The notes beneath the pieces were generated by a model that worked only from the letters and a program-made list of their open reading frames with translations, did no database searches and had not been told where the DNA came from. The position numbers and the translations under genes were made by a program. A stretch of 63,157 nt of DNA, filler included, from Choristocarpus tenellus KU-1152 (taxonomy: Eukaryota; Protista; Phaeophyceae), in the NCBI GenBank assembly GCA_964200185.2. It is 12 parts of 12 records of this genome, joined end to end, with 100 filler letters (N's around TTAATTAATTAA, not from the genome) between each part and the next. Parts side by side here need not be neighbours in the genome. Positions count along the whole stretch, not along the records: positions 41,827 to 53,021 come from CAXNAD020002458.1; positions 53,122 to 56,922 come from CAXNAD020017847.1; 10 more parts are not named here. One strand, written 5' to 3'. Shown here one piece after another: positions 42,046 through 53,747 of this stretch. Position 1 is the first letter of the stretch. Each line of letters starts with the position of its first letter.

Positions 42046-43551
42046 CTTTGGTATGGTTGAGATAACTATTTCAACATTGTTTCGCCATTGCTGGAGACTT
42101 CCGATCTCGGTCTCCACGAATTGCAGCTGTTCACGAACCTAGAAGAACATTGTTGGGTACCTGATTCAGGTACAAAAGCAGACTCCAGTTTCAATCGACC
42201 ACATACGCTTCCAAGAATTTCAGTTCTTATCTAGGCATGTTTCAGGCATTGCTCTGCAAGCAAAGACCTCAATCTTCAAAGTGAATGAGGTTGTAAGGGT
42301 GATTGGCAACTCTTGGTACATTGTATACGGCATTGCAGGTTGCATCAAACATGCAATCCTTCCAGATTTTTTTTATCCCATTCCACAAGGGTGTTGTTAT
42401 GGTTGTTCAAAACATACCCATTTGTACCCTTGGTGAACCTGTCGAAATCATGCACATATCCTCTATGAAGACTCTCTTGAACTATTTATTAAAATTTGCA
42501 CTAGCACAGTGTTAGAGGTAGCAGTCATCTCAGGTGCACATTTCTCCTCACCCACTGCAAATTTTGTTTTTTTCTAGAAGAGCGTGAAGTTCGACACCAT
42601 ACATGCCCCATCATTGTCATGCTTCTTCACTATTCCATAAAAGGACCAGGATGCTCAGTCTTCCTAACGCCACAATATTCCGCTACCAGGCCTCACCTCT
42701 CCAATTGAATTGGTGCTGATTTCGAGAGAGGCCTGCCTGGCTGTAGGGTTGCTCATAAGAAGATTATCCAGCTTTTAGGTTTCACAATGGGGGGTGGTAA
42801 GTGTGGCTCCAAGTTATATCCAAGAAGAGTTTCGAGTTTAAGAGGGCTACATTTCAACACCTCAAGACACTTTGAGCGATATCAGACGCAAGCATGTTAT
42901 TGACACTACACTATAGCTCTACGACCAACACAAAAAGGAGAACTTCAGTGTTTCTGAAGCAGGAAGCGGTATGAAGGAAAAACCCAAACGTGCAAGACAA
43001 TCATGCACGTTCCAGCTGAAATTTACCTTCTGTCCAATCATCGCAACCTTGCGTTCCACAAGGTACCTGCGTTGAACCTCTGACTCCAGTTGCCCCTCAA
43101 TTTGTGCAATTTTATCCTGCAAATGATAGCCAGTTTTTGTTTCTAGCCCCGCCCCAACTTCGACAGGGGCCTGGGTCCGACCCATATATGTCCTCGCACT
43201 TTGAAGCTGTTGACCAGAGGTAGATTTTGATTGCCTTGTATTCCCGATTGTGGGGAATCTTTCCAGCTCATCGTCAACTGCAGGGGCTTGGCTCATTTGC
43301 GCCTTCCGTCGTTCCTCGATTTGAGCGTCGAGCGCTATCCACCCCATGGCATGGAAAAATGTAACGACCAAGTGAGTTACTTCAAATATTATAATACGGA
43401 AACGGAGGTCAACCAGTCATTTTTGAACTGTGGCAGTCATGGATTCCTTTCAGTATCGAATGAGATAGCGGCAGGAGAAACGTGACTCACATGCATGGTA
43501 AGCCCGTTGTCGGCCACGCCTAGCTTCATCTGTCTCCTCATAGAAGTGCAT
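42046..43551 (-). CDS. Coiled-coil hypothetical protein, 5' exons (divergent from the sulfotransferase)
   Basis: Exons 43551-43491 (MHFYEETDEARRGRQRAYHA) and 43334-43027 (LDAQIEERRK..LQDKIAQIEGQLESEVQRR..), then LDNLLMS..GE, IRTEILGS and VREQLQFVETEIGSLQQWR..; phases are consistent. Confidence 0.7.
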
Positions 43552-43861
43552 GGCACTTCGTTGTCCACCAACCACTTAAATCAAATCTTGGGCATAGGTT
43601 GTTCAGAACCTTTACTGACTCTGCTTCTCCAAGTTCCTTCTCTTTTATCATTGTACTCACTCCCTTTCCAGTTTGGTGTCTTTCAAGCGTTCCTTCGTGG
43701 AGTCCAACTATATATTATTTGTGGAAACTAGAGTGGACGACGTTTCGTTTCACACCGTCTGGCCTCTGCATCTTAATGAAACCCTAAATGAAGAACAATC
43801 ATCTGTCAACTCTTTTCATATATTCTTTTTTGAAAGTAGAAAGATAGTAGAGTACTTAGGG

Positions 43862-46800
43862 ATGATGCGTGTCCTCTCTACAGTATCCCTGGTGTTATTC
43901 TTGTCAACGTGCTGGCTATGTTCATATGTTACTCTACCGTCTCCTCGTCACATGCTAGAAAAGGTGCAAATATGGCTAGCTTTAGAAAACGGGGTAATCG
44001 ATGTCCAGCCCAAACCACTACTCAGCACTCCCTGGACAGGAAATGCGGAACTTTCAACCAATCGTAGGAGTCTTCATATCGTCAAGGATGGTGCTAATCT
44101 TCTGAAGAAGATAAAAAGCCCAATGGGTGTCTTAGTTGACCCCAAAAATGTGACGGAATCCGTCTCCTTGCAAGATTTGGAGGCCCCTCCTGGCAAGCTA
44201 TGGTTACCAGTTTCCGTCGGAAAATCAAATGGAAAACGAGGAGAGGGGAGAAGAGGTAGAGCGTTTGACAATATATTGGTAGCATATTGCTTGATGGACA
44301 TGGATGCATACCACGAGAAGCCTTGGGCTTTTGCCATGGGTACTTCCCTTCAAAGACGATCAGGATGCAACCGTAACAAGGATCTCACAAGGACGTACCG
44401 CCTGAATTCTCTCATGGTAAGGATGGGAGGAGTGCTGTATTTTCTATCTCTTCGACAAACTACACCTGTAGGACAGACCATATCTCGACCTAGAGCCAAA
44501 GTATCTTAGAGGGTAGAGTCGCGTCCATTTGGGGGTCAAAATCCTATGTTGCGATTTTGATATAATTTGACTATCGTGTTTGTTAGGAGATGTCAATATC
44601 CTTGTTCCAGACACACCTTTTCATAAACTATACATTTTACCTACTTCTTAACATTTTGGAGTAGGTAAATATCATAAAAAGAAACATGGAAGGTCAAGTT
44701 CCAAATGGATAAACAGGGAAAAACTCGTACCCTCTAATATACTTTTACTCCCTAATCTAGAATGGGAAGTACACCTTTCCCCTGCAATTTCTCGCCTGTC
44801 ACTTCCCAGTTTTTTCTTTGACTTTGCCCTTTCTCCATGTAGGATATCTTGGAGGACCACCCATCATCCTTTTTGGACCCTACTGGCTTCATATATCATC
44901 AGACGAGATGTGGTTCTACTCTGACTGCAAACATGTTGGCCGCTGTCCCCACCAATATCGTTCACAGGTAAGTAGAGATTTCTTCGCCTGCAATGGATTG
45001 GCCAGGTTCTTGAAGTCATGGGATTACGTGAGGTTGATGTGGATGTTGAGATTGTGTGTGTAGTCGATCAATATATATATATACTTATCTTATGTTGTTT
45101 GCAGCTCTCTTCTGCTCCAAGCTCTATGGCAACTACTTCTGAAATAATACTGCACTCTGATATACTGGAGGATCGGCTTGCCCCTCCGATTATTCTAACC
45201 AGCGTGGATACCTGGCTCAGCGACACAATCGCTCTCCCTCCATCTCTATTTTCGTTCTATCCACTGCCATCAGTGAGACCCCGCCACCAGTATCTGTTCT
45301 CAATCTGTGCAAGAAATCCTGCTCTGAAGAAGACCGCAGTATCTTTCTAAGAACTATTCTAAGACTGATGTCCCCGGCACAGAATGGTCATTCGCATAGT
45401 TTTTTCAAGTTCCAGAGCTCCAAGTACGTCAAGGAAGTGGAAGCTGCGTGGCCTAGTGTGAAGTGGGTTTATCTCTTTCGGGATCCATTGGAAGTTATGG
45501 CTTCCAACCTAAAGGTGATTCCCTCTGTGCTCATCCTGAATGCTTGAGTCATGCTCGACCAATCACAAAATTGTCCAATGCAATGCAGATGCAAGTTCAG
45601 CGGTGGAGCCAAGATGATGTAAGGGTTAGATAGACCACGCTGTTTAGTCAGGCAAGAAATGGACAGTGTGTTCATGTAGTCCGTGATGGCAAAAACACCT
45701 GCAAATATCGAAATGAGAAGTTCACCAAATGAACTCACTGTGTTGTGTTTTCATGCACAACTACAGGGTGCATGGCGTAGACAGATTGAACCAAAGCGAA
45801 CAATTGTACGTGGTGGACCTATTAGAGCACAACAGAATCAGAAGCTTGAAGACATGGGGTATAATATGGCTGGGCCATGTTTGCGGGGTCTGAAGGACAG
45901 GGGTCCGATAGGAAATCGGAGTCAAACCAAAGAGGTTTCATCACCCAGAGAGGTTGCACACTACTGCGCCAAACATCTCCAGTCACTCAATGTTCTCGCA
46001 CTGCATCAGATTCAGGGGGGGTCACCAAATGGGTTGGTGGTAGAATATAGCCAGCTTCCGGAGGTGAGTTGTGTACTTGTAACCTCTCTTGCCCTCCCCT
46101 GGGTTTTCCCTTTCTCTTGATTAGGGTTAGGGTTAGGGTCTAGTTTAGGCTTTGACTGCTGAACCACTGGAAGATGCAAGGGTTTTTTACACCGTATACG
46201 GCAGAGTGCCGGTATTATTTTGTACTAATGTGTAGTGGTAGCCTCACCCATTTTTGTTTTCTAGGATTTGATGCTCAGATTGGTAGTTAATTAATAGTAA
46301 CAACTTCCGAACAGCGGCACCATGTTTATTCTTGCATTTGTTAGCAATCCCATATAACTTTCAGGGACTGTTAAAATATATTGAGAAGAACTATACATTT
46401 AGTTTTTATTTGTTAATTTAACATTGCTTGCTTCCACTGCCACTCTGGAAAAGGTGTTAGCGGATGACTACTACTGCTTTGGAATTGTACAATCCCCTGC
46501 TACTACTTTTTTGTTGCTCACATTTTTTTATACACACAAAGTTTCTTCCATCACACAGGAACACCATACCTTGTATTCCCGTCACCTTCTTGGAGTTTAG
46601 AGTAAGTTTTAGGTTCAGCCCAGAATATATTAAATATTATTTTTTCTTTCAGCCCTAACCCTTCTGTTATTCCTCTTAAAGGCATTGATTGACTACATCT
46701 ATCCAGTGCACTTTGGGATGGAAGAGGATGGCAGCCACAAGGCAGACTACCCCAAGTGGATGGAGCCGGTTTCGCATTACTATTCAAAGGGAATGGGAAA

Positions 46801-48983
46801 AGGAGATTTCTCTGAGATGACTAAGGTGAGAATGCACTGGTACATGGACATCAACCCTACAAATAGAGTTTTGATAGTCGGTGGTACGATATGACCGAGA
46901 ACGAAACTGTTGACAGTATACATGAAATTTGTTGAAATTTGTTGTACTGTTTTTGGTAAGTATGTAGTATTATACCACTCCACTGACCCTCAAATCCTTA
47001 TTCGGTGGGATTCCAGGATTTCCAGATTTTTGGGAGGCCTGTTGAGCTATTATCTTCTATTTTTTGAAGTTGATGGACATAAAATGCGATGAATCAATCA
47101 ATCCACAATTAGTGAAACTGTCAGTGGCAGTAGAATTATGACGGCAGAGGGTTAAGGTTAGGGTTGAAAGTATATTGTTTGTTTTGATACTGTGCTCCAC
47201 ATATTCATTGCGAAGGGGTTAGTTGAGTAGGCGTGTACAGTACTACTCATCTACCAATCATATGCTCATGAAGGTGGTTGCCTTACAGAACAGCACACCT
47301 TCGCCAACGTAATGGTCTAATCTACAATGTGTTGCCGCAGAAAGATTTTTAGACCTTGGCCTTGATGTCTGTTGCTATGAGAGTGCTCAGGGCCTCTCAT
47401 TCAGTACCACTTCCTCTGCAAGATCTGCCATTCAGGGCAGTGCTTGGTGCTTGTAATCGCTTGTAACAGGATTGGGGTTGGAGTTACACGTTTTGGTTCA
47501 ACATTTGAACTGTCTTGAAGCGAAAGAAACGCCTGCAACAGCGTGTAGGTTGTTTGAGGCCTGACTGACACCGGTTGATTCATTCAGGCACTTTTTTTCC
47601 CTTTTATGAGGCACAGCCAGGGAAGAGAGTGCGTAAGTCACAGATAAGGCGAAACCGACGATGGCATAAAGAGTTGGAAATATATGGCGAGGGGTGTATC
47701 TGTATTCGGCGGAATAGTATGTAACGTCTTATTGATCCAATAATCCCACAACATCACCTTTGTGGGAATCTCCGACTTGTCCTCAAAATTGTCACACAGA
47801 CGACTCTCCGCCTGTGTTTTGCTTCCTTGGGGGCAGCAGGTACAGAGCTTGCTGTTTAGGTTCCCGTGTTGTCCTGGGCAAGAACCGGTTGAGATGACCG
47901 ACGCGCATGAAGGGGGATGCATGGACAATATGGCAAAAAGACTTTGGACTGCAATTGTTATGTTCCTATTGCATTACCATTTTAGTGAAGCATCTAATTT
48001 TATGCGATATCATACACCGCTTCACCCTTGATGCAGATCCTGATCCAGCTATCCTCGTGAGAGGGCGTTGGAATGTATGTATCTGTGCGCATCCATTGGT
48101 ACAAATTCTGCCATAACCCTAACCTCACAGCGCTTTAGGGACATTCTTTGTTTGGGTTACATCATTAAAAGGAGTAGGGCATGAAATGCATGGATTTTGT
48201 TTGGAAATGTGTGCAAGAGTATCAGCAGGATCCACACTATCCCACTGTGATCGACCTGAGTAACAAGGGGTTGTAACTTTGCTGCTGGAAAGTCATAGCG
48301 TGAGATTTGGCAAGGCCCTTTTTTTGTTAGGAAATTGTGGTTCAATGAGTAACCCTGACTCTATTATACTAGTCACCTTTCCAACAGACTTTCCGGTACC
48401 AATTTAGGGCAGGTCTTGTCGGGGTTTTGTTGTAGTGCGTTGTGGATGTGAGAAAGTTCTTCTAAGAAATTGGAGGGGGAATACGTATTTTGATTTATGC
48501 TACATATTTTATTTTATTGGAATGGGTCTGTGTGCCGTTGATGTAGGAAGAGGTTGTGGATGTTGACTTCTCCAATTGTTTCGAATTTTACCTTCTGGTT
48601 TCTCATTGAAGTCCTTCATAACTCAAAAGAACAGAGCTCTTTTAAGACACAACCTTAGACTTAAGTGTGATTGATGTAGTGGCAGAAGAAATATTAGTGC
48701 ATTTTTATCATTTTTTAAGATTTGACAATTTCTTTCATTTTCTGTTTGTTCCACCTGTTGCGATTGACACCCCTTGGGTCATTTTCCATCAAAGGAATTC
48801 TCACAGGGCATGGACCTGGAGATGAAGGCAAATGGGACTGACACTGCGATGCAGCAGATAGCAAAGGATGTGTTGTGCAGCAGCTATCAATCACTCCAAA
48901 AATTGGAAGTTTGGCATAAAGAGCGAGAGGGGCAAACAATGGGGACATGCCTTCATAAAACTCATGAAGAGACCAAGAGTTAG
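43862..48983 (+). CDS. Sulfotransferase-family protein with an N-terminal signal/anchor
   Basis: Exons 43862-44416, 44843-44967, 45274-45514, 45767-46063, 46682-46825, 47617-47632, 48037-48074 and 48795-48983. PAPS-binding motifs GFIYHQTRCGSTLTANML (5'-PSB) and VKWVYLFRDPLEVMAS (3'-PB); hydrophobic N-terminus. The 3' end may extend to exon-like segments up to 50172. Confidence 0.85.
44493..44750. mobile_element. GAG...CTC MITE (Sola2-like) in sulfotransferase intron 1
   Basis: TIRs, perfect TSD CCTA/CCTA. Confidence 0.9.
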
Positions 48984-50818
48984 TTACCTATAGGGACCCC
49001 AACTGGGTTGGCTGGGATTTTGAGGTTTAGGTTATGCGGACTGGTAGTCATACTAAATAGCATGTTCTAATTTTCTCAGCTGTAGCATGTGTAGGTTTTG
49101 TCGGCAGTACAAGTCATTGTAATATTAGATTTTTTCCTTGAGCAGAACAAGCTGTGTACAAAGTGATTCAGGTGACGACCACATGCCACTTGGTGTTCTG
49201 CTGAACATAGAGCTGTTTTTGATATTCCCTCACTGTTAAGTTGTGGTGCACACAGTGGAGCTTAAGAACGGGATCTGATGCTTGGGACTTCATTGTATGT
49301 TTTTTTGTCATTTTGTATCCGACTCAGTGGGGTCCTGTATGTAATCGCTGAGTATGATACTCTGACAGACACTTGGGTGCGTGTGCTTTTTGATTCCTAA
49401 TAGTCAGGTACACATGATTTGAGGAGCCCATTGCGGGAGGCGTGATGTTTGTGACAAAGATTGAAATGTCCTAGGTTGACCCTTGTGTTCATGGTAGCAC
49501 AAGTCCAACTCATAGATGGCAGATGCCAACCTGAGGTGAAATTTCAATGCATATCCATGCTTGTGCCACGAAGCATTTTGGTTATAGGGTTGTGACTCAA
49601 AAGTATTTGTATCAATAGATTAAATCAGACCAAAAACCTTATAGATTAAGTCATGTTTTCGTCTGTGCCCACTCCCATTTCCTAGAGATGTCATAGGGGA
49701 AAAACTAACAAAGTGGAAAATGAAATCAACACAACAGAGATGTATTGCTTGCAACAAATGCCTCACTTGGATCTAAACATGTAGAGCAGGAAGCACTGTG
49801 AGACCCCAAAGAAGTTATAACATCAGGATGTTCAGCACTGCACTACAAATAATTAAGAAACATTTGATTATGATACTGCATGGTCTTTGATTGAAAGGTT
49901 GTGCAAAAGACTTTTTAAGATGGCATATATGCTGTTGCTATGGTTGGATTAATATTAATATTGTGAGCAGTAGCATGGTCCTGTCAACACATGCTCTGTT
50001 CACTGGAATGTGTGAGTGCACATGTCAAGGATCTACAGCATACCACCTTGTTGACTTGAAAAGTGATGGTACAGCATATACACTCAATCCAGGATATGAA
50101 AGACAAATTGCAAGGGAAAAACACAACACAAAATGGAAGAGGATGAAAGTCTGGTTCAGTCATACTGCTTAATCCATAATCAGATCAGGGCCGATTCCAC
50201 AGAGCAGCCTCTGTGAAAAGGGTCTCAAGGTAAGAGAATATTAATAACTATGTACAACACACATGTAACAACTCTGGTAATCATGATGATGTGGTCAAAA
50301 CTTTGTACAGGGAAAGTGAGAAATGAATATTCATTTACAGCTGAGGCCACTCCCGTGGCCACCTCCACAATTATGTCAGAGTAGTGATTATGGGCAACAC
50401 AGCTGAATACATTAGATTGCTTTCAGCTCTTACTAAGGAAAATGTCAATCATACGCATGTGTACAACCACCCTTCAACCACAGAGCACTCCTAAGAACAT
50501 TATACTGAGATCAAAGAAAATATTGATGGATACGATCTAAACCACACAAACTTTGCAACATAACCCAATTGTAGAACCAACAGTGGCATATTCCAGTGCA
50601 GCTTGAAACCAACTCGTGTTTCCGTAAGGAGACAAAACAAACAAAATGACGGCAACTTCCTAGTAGTATACTATATTCATAATAACAGGGCTCTACATGG
50701 GTGGGAAAAACAAAAGGCTTCGACACGTCTATACTTTCCTAGGACCAAAATTGTTACATTCGGTGGGTGGAGGTGGATCTGAGCTGACTACGCAGCACCA
50801 GAAACTCCACCCTCACAC

Positions 50819-51508
50819 TCACGCACGAACAGCAACATACTTGTTGTCTGCAATGGTTCCAACACGACCCTTGGATTCCTCCTCAGAGGCGTCCACAAAC
50901 CAACCCCATTCATCAACCTCTCTGTTATTGCGCTGGCAATGAACCCACCCCTCCTCCCCATCCTGCCACTCTTGCTGCCCGGTTATATCCCCTACGCAAA
51001 CTCCTACTTCTTGTCCGTGAAACTGCCTGTAGTTGACGACATCGTGCCCATCCATCTTTCCTCCAACATAACCAAGAGTAGGTGTAGCATCCATACCATG
51101 AAATGGGGGAACAGTGAACAGCCCAACGTGTGGCACGCCAACCTGGCCTTCCCATCCATAATTGACCATAACTTGGTAGTTGACAGGATCACAATTTTCT
51201 CCACTGTGCAGTAGGCTCGAGGGATCCACCTTCGCCATGGTGTTGGTCATTTCAGCACCATCAGCTGAGCCCTGGAATCCTATTTGGCATGCTCTGCTGA
51301 AGTACCTCTCCAGTCCAGCACGGCTGTAATTCTGCTCTCCTCCTTTCCAGAACGGGGGAGTGGCCTCTGTTCGCCTGCGAGGGGCTCGGGTGAAATTCGA
51401 AATATCTGGCTCCATCCCTGACATCGGTATCGGTCCGATCTGCTTACGCTTTTTACACATAACGATTGCACCAGAATCCATGGGTATCGATGATACTGGG
51501 CGTGACAT
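50819..51508 (-). CDS. Intronless hypothetical protein (~230 aa)
   Basis: Long ORF MSRPVSSIPM..KKRK..; C-terminal acidic/aromatic motif EVDEWGWFVDASEEE. Confidence 0.6.
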   Translation of the reverse strand: MSRPVSSIPMDSGAIVMCKKRKQIGPIPMSGMEPDISNFTRAPRRRTEATPPFWKGGEQNYSRAGLERYFSRACQIGFQGSADGAEMTNTMAKVDPSSLLHSGENCDPVNYQVMVNYGWEGQVGVPHVGLFTVPPFHGMDATPTLGYVGGKMDGHDVVNYRQFHGQEVGVCVGDITGQQEWQDGEEGWVHCQRNNREVDEWGWFVDASEEESKGRVGTIADNKYVAVRA

Positions 51509-53747
51509 GATGATGAGACTCCTGCTGTCACACCTCCTCCTACAACGGGATATACGAGTCGATGGGAAAGGGGTTTCGATGGGAAATAAGTTAAGTTGGG
51601 GACAGCACAAACCTTGGGCCGTCAACAGCTCATCCTTTATCTCTATTCCCTGTCCAACATCAACACACAATATCTTGTCTAAAGAGTGGAACGCAAAAGC
51701 TGGAATCGGGGATACGGGGGAATTCAGGTCCTCGTGTGATGTTGTAGGTCTACCTCAAAATAAAGAACAAAACACAACAACGCAAAGCCGAGATGATGCC
51801 CCAAACATTTTATCTCTTCGAGATGAGTCAGACAGGTGTCTTACATTAATTGATCAGTTATTTTTCGAACTCTCATCTCTGTGTGGTTGATTCAGGAAGG
51901 AACCTAGCATTGATTCATAACAGGTTAGATTATCGGGGAATTGGAATAACTCTATGACTCGGGAAGGGGAAGGTAGAAAAGCGAGGTGCTACATATAAAT
52001 GCAACCCTGGTATCATGGCGTTCAATTATCACCTGGTGCGTTGAGCGCTGGCAGATATAGTGCCAACGACCCAGTGAGTAGGGAGCGATGAGAGCAAACG
52101 AGATATGGTGATACACTCTGGCGATGAATCACTCTTGCCAGTACTATTCCGAACAAAGACAAGAAGGGAGAATGCTGAAGGTATGTAGTGTATGCTCTAT
52201 ACACTTCCCACTTCGCGTTCTTTGCACCACGTTTGGCTGGTCAGAAGGTCCTCTTTTACGTTGTGAAACCTGTTCCTTCCACTAACAACACATACACAAC
52301 CTGAAATTGAGTGGCAATATTTTTGACCTGAAACTGGAGTTTGGATTTGGAGCAATTCTAATTGACCAATGAAAGCAATTACTATGAATGACATCCACAA
52401 TAATGTAGTATAGGTTTGAACAGTTCAAGCCAGTTGTGAAAAACAGTTCAAGAAGTACTGTAGAATTTCACCAAACTCACCTTCACCAATAACATCCAAT
52501 GTCCAATCCTCCACTCAATGACGAGAAACATAACAACCACTCACATTCTATTCGTGTCTTCAGACCCCTCCAATAATTCTGTGGCAAAAGAATTCTTCTC
52601 GCTTGATTGGTTTAAAAATAACCTAACATGTGACAACACCTTCTGTCATCAGCTGTTGTAAAAATTGACTCTCAAATACTCACCACATACTGCAATAATA
52701 ATTACTCTTCAGAGCATAATTTGATACTATTAAATGTTACTGTTACGAAATAAAGCTGACAATCTAAAATAGAGAAAAATCCACAAAATCCAGATGTTTT
52801 AAAAAAACATTACAACGTAAGGAAATAGAGCAGACAAGACAAAGAAAGAAGTAGATACCAATCATTACCATCACACATATTATTATATTATTATGCCCTC
52901 TGACATTTTGCAGATGTGTCAGGGGAAAACCGATGAAAACTATATACATATAAGCACTATCAAATATTGTACTACTGTCGTCCTTATCTTCCCATCTACC
53001 TACTCCTGTGCCTCTGGGGGGNNNNNNNNNNNNNNNNNNNNNNNNNNNNNNNNNNNNNNNNNNNNTTAATTAATTAANNNNNNNNNNNNNNNNNNNNNNN
53101 NNNNNNNNNNNNNNNNNNNNNGAGGAGAGGAAGAGGGAGGTGGCCCAACTTCTGCAGAAGGTTTCATCTGGCGACCAACAGGCGGGGCCCGTCCGCCAAC
53201 TGAGGGCAAACATCTCCACGATAGTCGAAATGAAACCTCAGCAACGGATCAGAGCCGTGAGTGTGCCTCCTGTGTTCGTATTTACAGCTGAAATGGCTTG
53301 TACCGAAAAAAATAGTTGATGCTTGGTAGGATTGGTGGTGGGTCTTCGTCATCTAGCGATAGAGTTGCCTTCCCTACAACAAACGTTGCTGTTTTGTCAG
53401 TTCTAGTCTTTCGTTGCTAATAGCGGGAATAGCCAATCGTCTCCTTCGACTGTAGACAACGATCTTGGTCAATCTCCACCTCATTTCTGCCTCCAACATG
53501 TGTCACTGAAAAAATCTACGTACAGACTGGTGTCCTCGACATGGACTTATTTCAAACTATTTCGCCCCGCAAGCCGCCTCTATTAAACACGTTCACCACA
53601 TCAACCGTATCGTTTGCTCTGTTCGATTGACATGCTATTTTACTTCCATTACACTATCACATTTTTGACTTCACCATCGTCCTCTCCTCTCCTCAACAAC
53701 GTCCTCCGCCATTTCCACCACTAGATTCTCGAGAAGGACTCGACTCT

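Noticed and set aside
42160-42290. Apparent in-frame TAG suggesting stop-codon reassignment
   Set aside because: The TAG is explained as a splice acceptor of a 24-nt exon; urease, WW and sulfotransferase exons use CAA/CAG for Gln with no internal TAG
51360-51890. 176-aa plus-strand ORF
   Set aside because: Antisense shadow of the 50819-51670 ORF; no motifs
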